Below are positions 53,156-64,000 of a stretch of 64,000 nt of DNA, one piece after another. The notes under the pieces are model-generated. The model did no database searches. It had not been told where the DNA came from and worked only from the letters and a program-made list of their open reading frames with translations. This stretch comes from Gracilinanus agilis. Taxonomy: Eukaryota. Positions within the stretch are counted from its first letter, which is position 1, and each line of letters begins with the position of its first letter. The stretch spans positions 506,418,698 through 506,482,697 of the forward strand of contig NC_058131.1 of the NCBI RefSeq assembly GCF_016433145.1, written 5' to 3'. The position numbers and the translations under genes are program-made.

Positions 53156-53433
53156 TGTTACGATTAAAATTGATAAAGACTGATATAATAATATAAATTA
53201 GTATTTTAATTAAAGCCATGCTGATAGAGATAAAATCATTAGACCATGCGCCTGTAAGTATTCAAACTGCCTCCGCCATTTTTTACCTTTCGTATTGCTG
53301 GTGCCTGCTAGCTAAGAGACCAGTTCAAAGTCACTTCCCCCTATTTAAAGCTGTCCCTCACCTTGAATACGTAATCCAAAACAGGAACCCGTTGGACCAT
53401 GGGAAATGTAGTTTTAAGGTCCCCACGTGTCCA
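53156..53433 (-). mobile_element. Probable solo LTR, sense to UNC79
   Basis: Minus strand: aaaactacatttcccatg motif, TTTAAATA, ATTAAA, then an AT-rich end ...ttttaatcgtaaCA; 7 CpGs retained. Same layout as the 56951 LTR. 5' end approximate; no TSD resolved. Confidence 0.65.
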
Positions 53434-54899
53434 TAGAAAATATATATATATATATACTTTTAAATGGCATCTTCCCAATTCCAAATTTACAATTATCAAT
53501 TTTATCTAAATGTCTTCAGCTTCTCTTTAAGGGGAAAATGGCATTGTATAATCAATAAATGACAAATACACATACATACAAATCTGTCCTACCTTTAGTA
53601 ATTTGGATCAAAGTGTTCATAAAAGCATAAAGATTTTTATAGAAGTTTGTTTGAAATGATACTGACATTTATAATTATAATTATGTTGGAGATCTAAAAA
53701 GATTTTAACAGAACAGAAAAACTCTGACAAGATCAAATTTGCATAAACAAGTCAAGTACCTGGGACTTGCTCATAACTTCCACTAAAATAACCTGTCTAT
53801 AACTATAATCTTTGAAGACATACTTAATGATCATTGAGGTTAAGTTCATTCAATCACTGAACAAGTAACACTTGATATATACAAATCATTATTCTAGGCA
53901 TTAGGAATATAAAGACGAAAACAGTGTAGTCCTTGCCCTTCAAAAGCTTACATTCTATTGAGAGGAAACAACAACCAGAAATAAATCACTGCAAAATACA
54001 TACAAAATATATATTAAGAAATTTCAGATGGAGGGCAATAATAACTATATAGTTAATATGAAAGAACAATTTACATAAGAGGTGGCATTTGAGCTGAATC
54101 TTGAAGGAAACAAGGGATCCTTAGAAGTAGAAGTAAAGAGAAACCACATTCCATGCATGGGGAATAGCTCTGTGAATATTATGGACAGGGAAGAGCAATT
54201 TGGCTAAATGGAGTGTGTGTAAATGTGGATCAATATGAAATCAACCTTGGAAGGCAGACACGTATTTGATTCTAGAAGCATTAGGGAGTCCCAGAAGCTT
54301 GTTAAAGTGAGTCAGAACTATGCTTTAGAAATAGATTTTTTTCATTTTATTTTTCAATTAACAAGCATTTCTTTTCCCTCTTATTCCCAATTAAAACAAA
54401 ACTCTCATAACAACTGTGCAGATTCAAACAAAATTACTATATTATAGGAATATCAGTTTAATGACTGTCAAATGACTTGCCAATAGTCAAAAAGCTAGTC
54501 AAAGTCAGAGATAGGATGTGGACCCACATCTTCCCATTAGAACATAAGCTCTTTGAGGAAAAAGAATGTTTTACTTTTGTCTTTTTATTCCCAATCTTTA
54601 GCACAGTTCCTGGTATGCTGGAAGAGCTTAATAAATTTTCATTGTTGTTGCTTTTGTTATTGACTTCAAATATAGAATTCTATCTACTCTGCCATGCTGG
54701 CTTTGTTAGGGATGAATTTAAAGTTCAACACTTAGGTTCAAAAAAATAAATCACCTACACAAATATGGACAAAAGGAAATATGGTTAGACAATCAATCAA
54801 CATGCATTTATCAAGACTGCTATGTGTCAGGCATTCTGCTAGGCACAGTCACAATAATTGATGTGAACATTAAAAGAGTCATCATGTCTAGGGTAAGTA

Positions 54900-55370
54900 C
54901 ACAATAGCACCACTGTACTCTGCCCCAGTGGTCATATTACATCTAAATATTTTTGTGCATTTCTGGACATTACATTTTAAGGGAGATGTTGACAAGGTGG
55001 AATGATCAGAATTACCAGCATGGTGAGGATTCCAGAAAATATCATAAGATAGGATCAGATGAAGGAAATGGGATATTTAATCTGGAAAAGTTAACAGAGA
55101 CCAATAGCTGTCTCTAACTATTTGAAAGGTTGTCACATGGAAGGATAAAAATTATATTGCTTATCCCCTGAGAAAAATGGGTAGGTGAAAATTATAGGTT
55201 TAATCCAAGGAAGAATTTTAATCACAGCAGTCTAACAATCTGCCCGCTTTAGAAGTCATGAGTTTCTTTTCACAAGAAATATTTAAGCAAAGGCTTGTTG
55301 ACCACTTTTCAGGAAGGCAGCAGAAGGTATTCCTCTATAAACAATAAAGTTGGATTACATAATTTCTATG
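54900..55370 (+). mobile_element. CR1/L3 3' relic
   Basis: cactgtactctgcc..ttttgtgcatttctggac..cattttaagggagatgttgacaag..; ctatttgaaaggttgtcacatggaag. Confidence 0.7.
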
Positions 55371-56950
55371 GCCATTTCCTACAACAAGATTTGATCATTC
55401 TATGACTAAAAGTGTCTGACAAATCAATAAAACTTCTCCTATGGAGTTATAGTATTTTTTAATCCCATTCACAAAGAAATTGTAAGAAGGAAATTTAATT
55501 AGGCAGCCTCTCATTTGTATTAGTTTAAGAATTCCCTTAGTTTGATACCTTACAACTATGTGTTTTGTAATAAGTATATGATTCCAGCAAAAGTCTGTGT
55601 GTATAACCATACTGAGAATGTAGTCTCAGGGTAGTGCCTGAGTAATAGCTTTAAAAGTAATAGCTTTAAACATAAGTGTGTTACTACATTGATCATAAAT
55701 GTGTGATTATATTACATTATACTATCTTTATATCAAATTGATTCATGCAGGAGAGCAGAAAGATCTGAATGGGGTTGGAGATTTCTCAGAAATGGGGATT
55801 GGGATGTATAACATCAAGAATGACTTACAGAAGCCCAGGTCAAAGTTTCCTGAACTATCCATGACCTGTAAATCTTCCTTCCATTCTGTAAGCTCCTAAT
55901 TTTGCCTTGAAAAATTTATCAAAGTTGATGACCAGGTGTATCAGATTCAACTGGGGAATCTGCAGAACTCTGACTTGTTTGCCTTGCCCACCAAATAAAG
56001 TCAGACTTTGCCCAGAGAACATTTTACACAGTCTTCTTTCAAGATTCTATAAATACTGTTGAAGATCTACTATGTACAAAGTACCATGCTTGGCACCATA
56101 GGGTCTGCATTGCTGTTCACTTCTAGATTCCTTCGACCTCCTGAGTAATAAAAAGTATTGAGGAAGAAGCAAAAGGCCTGGAATCAGCAAATGTGAATTC
56201 TAATCCAGACTCTGCCACTAACTCCATGTGTGACAAGTCACTTCATCAAAGGCATTGTGGTATACTAGAAAGAACATTTGACTTAAAGGCCAAGAACCAA
56301 AGTTAAAATTCCAACTCTTCTGCTTACTACCTGTATGACTTTGGGCAAGTCATTGACCATTCTGGATCTCAATTTCCTCCTCTGTAAAATGAAAGGATTT
56401 GACTAAATGATATGTAAGATGCCAATAAATTGCTCTATGACCTCAAATGATCGATCATCCTATGACCTTAGTACTCATCAAATTAACAATGATTTTAAAA
56501 TGGAAAAATCAAACCAATTATTTGGCATCCTTTAGATAAAATAAAAGCATTTTACTAAATCCACTATGTTCAGTTTACATGCCCAGAACTAACATATATT
56601 TCACTTGAACTATTCTAAAAACATTTTAAATGTTTAGATTTAAATTTAAAATTAATTTTAATCTCCCTGCCTCAAGTCTCTCCATTTTTTAACCCATTCT
56701 CTATGGGTAACCAAAGCTGTTAAACTCATGCCTCAAAACTTCTGTATTGTGAACTAGATTAAAATAAAATTGGGAGATGTTTAACAAAATAAATAAAAAT
56801 ACAATACAACATAGATCATGTTAATTTATCTTTTTCTAAGTTATTATGTGGCCTACAGGGATTTATTTCTATTAAGTTTGGCACCATTGTTATACACAGC
56901 TGCGAAAATGATATCATTAAAGCATAGGTCTGACTATGTCACTTCTCTGC

Positions 56951-57240
56951 TGTGAAATTGGAATCTGTTACCTTAAAAAACTACGATCTCCAGTAGGGCT
57001 GCAATCCCCAGCAAAACTACAATTCCCCAGAATCCCACTCACTTCCTGTCATTATGTGCTGATATAGACAGGATATAAAATGGATGGAGTTCCATCTCTA
57101 GCTCTTTCCTTCCTGTCACAGCTTTGGTGGATCAGGAATTTTGAGCAGGTAGAAAAACTTAGGCACGTGGTTCTATTTTGTCAGATAATAAACTTATAAA
57201 ATTAATACTTGAAGTATTGCACATTAATTTAATTCTTACA
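56951..57240 (+). mobile_element. Solo LTR, 290 bp, antisense to UNC79
   Basis: TG...CA ends, TATAAAA at 57074-57080, AATAAA at 57187-57192, near-TSD ctgc/ttgc. It interrupts an L2-like sequence (ctatgtcacttctctgc|ttgctcaataag). Confidence 0.8.
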
Positions 57241-57379
57241 TTGCTCAATAAGCAGAGGCTTCCCCAGAGGCTGGGGAACTTGATTTCAGGTCCTCGTAAA
57301 TTCTAGCCTATATGATTAAATAGAATAGCAAACTTATAAAAAGGCAATCCTAGCAACTCTGTAAGGTTTCATTAATAAC

Positions 57380-58320
57380 ATATCACAGGAAATATTCCAT
57401 TTACAACAACATATTTATCACTTTCAGTGATAGCAAAGAACTATCCCAAGGTGGACACCCATTCACTGAGGAATGGCTAATCAAACTGTGGTACATTAAA
57501 TTATTGGAATAATATCACACTGTAAGAAATGATGACTATGAAGAATTAAGAGTTGTATGAAAAAATATTTTTGAATTTATACAAAATGATATAAGCAAAA
57601 CCAAGACAATATGTACAAGGATTATAATTATGTAAATGGAAGGAAACACATAATGAAACTAAATGGAATGTAATTATAATAAACAAGCCAGGCCATGCAA
57701 TGAATCAAGAAAAGGAAGCAACATTTCTTCTTTGTAGAAGGGTATGTATGTAATATTGCACATACTGTCATACACAACTGTCGATTGTTTTTGCTGAGCT
57801 GATTTTAAAATTTTTCTTACAGAAAATTTTTACAAGGAATGACTCAATGGCTGGGGGACGGGAAGGGATATATTCAAAAAATGATGTATAACTAAAAGAA
57901 ATCAATAAAAATAATATAATAGAGTGAATATCTTAAACCAATTTCCTAAATTTCTTTCAACTTCTTCTTGAGTAAGTTGTTGAAAAGTTCTACTCAAAAA
58001 TGGAAGAAAACATGTGTGAAAACATATGTGGCCTTTTAGGAACTCTGATCAGTACAATGACCAATCAAAATTTCATGATAAAATATGTTATCCACCTCCT
58101 GACAGAGAAATGATGGAACTTGGGGTACAGAATGAGACATGTATTTTTTGGCCATGGCAATTGTAGGAATTAGTTTTGCTTGACTATGGATATTCATAAC
58201 AAGGGTTTTTTTCTTTTTTCTGTTTTTTCCTTTTTTTTTTTTAGTTAAAATGACTGGAGGCGGGGTGAAAATAGGAGGGAGAAGAAATTGATTTTTGTTC
58301 ATTAAAAAAATCAATATGTA
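57380..58320 (+). mobile_element. L1 3' region relics
   Basis: gtgatagcaaagaact..cccattcactgaggaatggctaatcaaactgtggtac; tatccacctcctgacagagaaatgatggaact. Confidence 0.7.
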
Positions 58321-58790
58321 TATGGCTTGAAATGAAGGAATCAGAGGGCACTCAAACCCCCCATTCAGGTAAAATCAAATTAGCTAATGGTGTTACATAG
58401 AAATGGTTGTATTAAAAGAGGAACATCTGGGAAACAAAAAATAATTGAGCTTCTGCCATTACTTTTTGTTCTGATCCATAAAAAGAAAAAAAATTCCCTC
58501 ATGGAGTTCTGAGATTAATTTGGTAAATCTGAGAAGGTGGCATAGCAGAAACAATACTGGACTAGAGTCAAAGGATCTGGATTCAGGCCCTGACTCTCAT
58601 TTAATAGTGGAAGAGTTACACTGAATAAGCTACTTAACTTCTCTGAGTTTGTTTCTTCTGTTAAAAAGAGGAATAATAATGACTATCTAGTATTGTTTAA
58701 CACCAGGTAAAAAGGAGTTCTTATTTATTATTATTACCATGCAATCAAACCTGAGGGAGGAATATTTTCATGAACAGGTACTGAACTTAC

Positions 58791-58988
58791 CACTTTGTTG
58801 TGTGCCATTAGTTGTAGAATGCTAGGTGTCACCCGACTCCAGAACTCCAGTGCAGTAAGGATGGCTGTAAAGCTAAATTCATTCTGATTTTGGACAGAGG
58901 GAGCAACAGCAGTTTGTTCACAGTAGACCGTCCATAGTTGAGCGAAGATAAATGCATGAAAAAGGGAGCACATATGCAACACAGATGT
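58791..58988 (-). CDS. UNC79: UNC79 internal coding exon (4th from last)
   Basis: Acceptor tctcctttgcAG, donor GTaagt; 198 bp, phase 0/0: TSVLHMCSLFHAFIFAQLWTVYCEQTAVAPSVQNQNEFSFTAILTALEFWSRVTPSILQLMAHNKV. Confidence 0.96.
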
Positions 58989-60426
58989 CTGCAAAGGAGA
59001 ATGATGAGAGGAAGACATTATGCCCAGTTTTCATGTTGCATGCCAAGGGAACCCAACAAGTAGTTCATACAACATGGTAAAACTATAGCTAACACATATC
59101 TGATTCAAGCCATCAGGGGATAAAAATGTTATTTCATTCCTATGAATTTATGATTCACCCTTGTCTGATCCTCACTAAGTCAGTGGGAGTGTGTGCTCAA
59201 AGAACAAAGCAGCTCTTCAAAGATAAAAGTATGCTACCTCAGCCCCTTTAATTGGCAGATTAAATCCTTTTCCCCCTACTTGAAAGAGCTGAAATTTCCA
59301 TTACTGGAATAATTTAAGGGAAAGAGAAGAATATTATCAACATACTTCTATAGCAGCTCAGGTTTCACAAAGTACTTTTTCTCAAGGTAGATAATACAAA
59401 AATTATCATCCCCATTTTAGAATATCTCCATTTTAGAAATAAGAAAACTGAGGCTCTAAAGAGTTAAGGGGATTGCTCAAAGCTGCTTATTAAACAAGAG
59501 GAAAATCCTGGTTCCAAATTCAGCTGCCATGTCCCTATATTATGATATTTTTAGCATACCCTTTATAAAACTTATGTGCCACTGAATGTCTTCATGCCTT
59601 TCAGGCCAATTTATCCTAGCCTGGAGGCCTTCCTCATCATGCCCTCTCCAACAACCTGGTCCCCATGCTTCTGCTTAGTTTCTGAGGAGGGCAATAGCTT
59701 GGTTCCTTTGACTTATAACCACTTAGCAGGTATGGATTGTAAATCTATGAAGGTAGAGGCTGCATCATTATTGTCTTTGCATTTTCTCTGGCAGCTGGCA
59801 GGTACTTAATGCTTGCTGAATAAACTAATAAATGACTATTAATGACAGATATATATCCCTTTGGTTCTCTTTCATGGTGGATGACATGGAAAAAGAACTG
59901 GAATTGAAAACAGGAAAAATAAGAATAAAAATAGGTTGAGGTTCCATCATTTCTTGCCAGTGTGACCTCAGGCAAGTCACTTCACCTGTGTAAGGCTCAA
60001 TTCCCTCAATTATAAAATGAAACCAATGATATTTTCACTGGCTGCCCCAAAGAACTAAATGAGATCATGAATACAAAAACATTTTGAAAAATGCAACCAA
60101 TTGTTATTATGCATTTTATTTTTTACTAATTTCAAGGAAACTTTAGGAGTTCCCAGGGGAACCTTATTTTCCATTGTAAACCACCAAGAACTGTATGAAT
60201 CTGAACTATTATTCCTAATACCCCCTTTCCTCCTCTAACTCCTCCAAGTGACATGGAAATGCTCTTGGAGGCCATGCAAATGGCATGCAGGCTTTATTAG
60301 GTCTTCTCCATCAGAAGAGACTGGAAAGCAGTCTCCAAAACAACCAGCATTGCCACCCTTGGATCATCCTGTATCAGTTAAGAGAAGTTCATCCTAGGAG
60401 GTGGACCACTAATTAATGATTTTTTT

Positions 60427-60618
60427 TTAATGTTTTTTTTTTAAACCCTTGTATTTCGGTGTATTGTCTCATAGGTGGAAGATTGGTAAGGGTGGGCAAT
60501 GGGGGTCAAGTGACTTGCCCAGGGTCACACAGCTGGGAAGTGGCTGAGGCCGGGTTTGAACCTAGGACCTCCTATCTCTAGGCCTGACTCTCACTCCACT
60601 GAGCTACCCAGCTGCCCC
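60427..60618 (-). mobile_element. Very young tRNA-headed SINE in a UNC79 intron, 16-bp TSD
   Basis: Near-identical to 43079-43267; TSD taattaatgatttttt at 60410-60425 and 60620-60635; TT/AAAA L1-endonuclease-type site. Confidence 0.95.
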
Positions 60619-60766
60619 TTAATTAATGATTTTTTAAACTACATCAAACTAGAAACTGCAATTTATGGAGGATTGTTATTCAATCTGATAAGCATTTAGT
60701 AAGTAACTGATGCATTCCAGCACTGTTCTTCATGTTGAAGAAAACAAATACAAACTCACTCTCTCT

Positions 60767-60770
<4 letters not shown>

Positions 60771-60848
<78 letters not shown>

Positions 60849-61172
60849 NNNNNNNNNNNNNNNNNNNNNNNNNNNNNNNNNNNNNNNNNNNNNNNNNNNN
60901 NNNNNNNNNNNNNNNNNNNNNNNNNNNNNNNNNNNNNNNNNNNNNNNNNNNNNNNNNNNNNNNNNNNNNNNNNNNNNNNNNNNNNNNNNNNNNNNNNNNN
61001 NNNNNNNNNNNNNNNNNNNNNNNNNNNNNNNNNNNNNNNNNNNNNNNNNNNNNNNNNNNNNNNNNNNNNNNNNNNNNNNNNNNNNNNNNNNNNNNNNNNN
61101 NNNNNNNNNNNNNNNNNNNNNNNNNNNNNNNNNNNNNNNNNNNNNNNNNNNNNNNNNNNNNNNNNNNNNNNN

Positions 61173-61233
<61 letters not shown>
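60771..61233. repeat. Long (CT)n tract spanning an assembly gap (N 60849-61172, 324 nt)
   Basis: Direct read. Confidence 0.95.
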
Positions 61234-61235
<2 letters not shown>

Positions 61236-62301
61236 AAAATAGACCTGTCCTCAAAAGTTCATGTTCAATTGAGAGGAAATGATATATAATACTGGATCCT
61301 AGACTTATCCCTTCATTTTATAGATGAAGAAACTGAAGCCCAGAGATGTTACATGATTTGACTAAGGTCACAGCAAATACTACAGCCAGGATTTGAAGTC
61401 TGCTCCTCTTGCTCCTAATCCACCACTCTTTCCATTATGTCATGTTGCCTCTCAATGTGTGCAAGGCACTTTACAAACAGTATTCCATTTGATCCTCAAA
61501 AAAACCCTATGGGGTATGTTCTATTATTATCCCCATTTTAGAGATTAGGAAAGTCAGACCCAGGAAGGTTAAGTGGCATTTCCTGAAGCAAAAGTTGAAC
61601 ACGAAATTTGAAACCCAGCATTCTATCCACCACACCATACTGCCTATAACAGTTAAATATATATATTGGATCATTTGAGAATATTAACCAGGTCATTAGG
61701 AAAGCTTCCTATAGGAGTAGGCAAATGAGCTAAGATTTGCAGTAAACTAGGAATTGAAAGAGACAACAAAGAAGCATTGCAGGTACCTTTAAAGGTTTGT
61801 TGATTGACCACAGTCCAGGCTGAGGGTAAACCTGTGCAATGCCTCAAAAGCTAGAGATCAAATGTGGAGTGTGGGGAAAAACAGCTAAGCCAGATTTTAT
61901 GTGCCTCTGAGGGTTCTGACTCATCAAATAACCTAGGGGTTGGTTCAGGGCAGACATGGATTTCTTCCTTATTACATCAAACTATCATAGGATTTTTATT
62001 ATAATCTACATAATTGTTCCTCTTTGTAACAGAAACAATGGCTTGTCTAGGAAGCCAACTTCTGCCAGCCTTCACAGGTGAAAATACCTTGAGAAATGTA
62101 AACTGAATAAAAAATGACAAAAAGGGGCTCTAGAAATGTAAATAGCTTAAAACAAGGCATTGGTTGTTTTCAGACTATACAAAGAAAGGCAAATGATAAG
62201 GTGCATTTATTTTCTTTCCCAGAAGAAAACATAATTTGCTGACAAGAGTTTCCATTAGTAATTCTGATGCGTATGGTCTCAATCCTGTGGAAATTGCTTA
62301 C

Positions 62302-62488
62302 CTTTGATTGCTCAGGAAATCCAATCAGGATAACGATTAGATGATCTGCAATGTGGGACCCTGCATCCAGAGGAATTGGCATACAGGGAGAAGAAGGATT
62401 TAGACACACAGAGTTATGTGTGAGGGAACCCAGAAGTAGCCAGGACAGCAGGCGGATATGAGAAACACACTCAATGAATTCTTTAGGT
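62302..62488 (-). CDS. UNC79: UNC79 internal coding exon (5th from last; gene continues beyond the window end)
   Basis: Acceptor tcttctcttgcAG, donor GTaagc; 187 bp = 1 nt + 62 codons: (G)PKEFIECVSHIRLLSWLLLGSLTHNSVCLNPSSPCMPIPLDAGSHIADHLIVILIGFPEQSK. Matches the recalled UNC79 C-terminal region and joins the next exon in frame. Confidence 0.96.
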
Positions 62489-64000
62489 CTGCAAGAGAAG
62501 ATGGAAATGTTTAAGATATGCAAGGATTCCATTCCATGCAAAAGAAATATGTGTTAAATGAATGAATGAATTTGAATGGCCTTAAAATCAGTTACATAAA
62601 AAAGGAAGGGAAGAAATGTATGCTGACAAAATGATTTATATGCATTATTATAGTTCCCCATACTAATCCCAAATCTCAATTTCATGAGCAATAACTGTTA
62701 TTTTCAATATTTCAGGTCTAGATTAGCTACTATACTATTCTGCATACAAAGAATGCTCAATAAATTGTGCTGGCTTAGTCTCTAGAGTCAGAGTCATTAG
62801 AGCAGAAGGGAACCTAAGAGACTACAGATGAGGGAAATGAGGTTCCAAGAGGTGGTGTAACTTACACCTGGTCACACAGATCTGGGAGTAGTGCTGCCCA
62901 TATATTCAGGGACTCTTACCCCTCCTTTCAGCCATGGTGAGTTCTGATCCATGACAAAGGAGAAGTCACCTAGGGGATATGGCAGTGGGACCAAGTTTGG
63001 CACTTGGACCTTTGGGTTTTCCAGATCCAATAACTCCTCCTGTCATAAACAGTGTGAGGGCAAAATCATTTCTAACTGTAGACAGATCACGGATTAAGGC
63101 AGGCCACCTTTTTCTCCTCCACTATAAGGGAAAGGAAATTCAAATTCAATTACTTTGCTGCTCACTAGCACAGTAACTCTTCTAAAAATTAAGGAAAGGC
63201 CCCATTCTTACCTTATTATTCCCCAACATAACAATTTCTAAAAATGCTCCTTGAAAATGATATATTTAGTCCTTTTCCCTAAGCCTCTATTCACATCTGA
63301 AAAGACCTCTCCCCTGACTTATTTTATCTTTCAAGGCCCAACTTAGAGCTCATCTTCTCTCTATGAAAGTGAGATCTTCATCCTTTGCTTGCTTATACAT
63401 CCTAAAAATACTATATGGTTTAGCCTAGAACTATTCTCTGGTTGTTTTACATACATTAGCTCTGTCTGCCCAGTTAAATATTTAACCCTTTGAGGATAAA
63501 AGCCAGGTTCTGTGACCCCCGCAGAAAAAAAAGCACATTATAAATGTTTAATCAGCACATTAAATCAAAGGATAAAGTAAAGTTCTATTATCTGTGATTT
63601 TCAAATTAACCAATATTATGTGGATTTAGTTACATGAAAAACAAAATAGGGAAAGAAGATGTCTAATTATACAGCTATAAGATTGCAATGAGGAAGAGGG
63701 GGATTATTCACTGCATTTGGTCACTAGATATGCTAAATATCTGAAAGCTTTTCCAGAAAAATCATCTGAATAGTCCTTTAATTAGTCCTAAATAGTCCTA
63801 ATTTCATAGAATAAAAGCATTTGCAATTTTTTTTCTCAAAGTAATGTCATGAAGCACTTCATGTTCTGAACTCAATAATGCTGCTTCTTTACAAACCTTT
63901 ATTTCTTTCTTCATGCTAATGAGAACATTTCTAGAAATCCTAAGCACATTTAACTGCTCTAGCAAGTGTCAGAGAATTTTCCCTGGAGTTTCTTTCCACA

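Noticed and set aside
60710-61289. Longest ORFs in the track (162-190 aa)
   Set aside because: Artefacts of (CT)n plus the N gap.
62170-62541. 123-aa single-exon ORF
   Set aside because: Only 62302-62488 is coding (UNC79 exon); the rest is intron read-through. The same applies to 58734-59018.

Overview
AT-rich, repeat-dense marsupial genomic DNA; the young tRNA-headed SINEs resemble my recollection of opossum (Monodelphis-type) families. The only protein-coding gene I can support is the 3' end of UNC79 (NALCN channelosome subunit) on the minus strand. It has five coding exons (62302-62488, 58791-58988, 52814-52891, 48673-48714, 45680-45880). All have canonical GT-AG boundaries, splice in frame and end in ...VEIQSSEAASQFYPL*. 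A 3' UTR with several candidate poly(A) signals runs down to about 44.65 kb. Positions 1-44.6 kb are intergenic and made of L1, L2, CR1/L3, MIR/CORE-SINE, Mar1-like SINE, hAT MITE and LTR relics, several of them nested with recognisable target-site duplications (TSDs). There is a 324-N gap inside a (CT)n tract. I found no convincing novel biological system. The best leads are a sense-oriented solo LTR with promoter motifs just upstream of an ATG-starting UNC79 exon, a hAT MITE resembling horizontally transferred hAT1 elements, a local templated capture at a SINE junction, and a perfect 52-bp palindrome. All family names are from recall, not from database searches.
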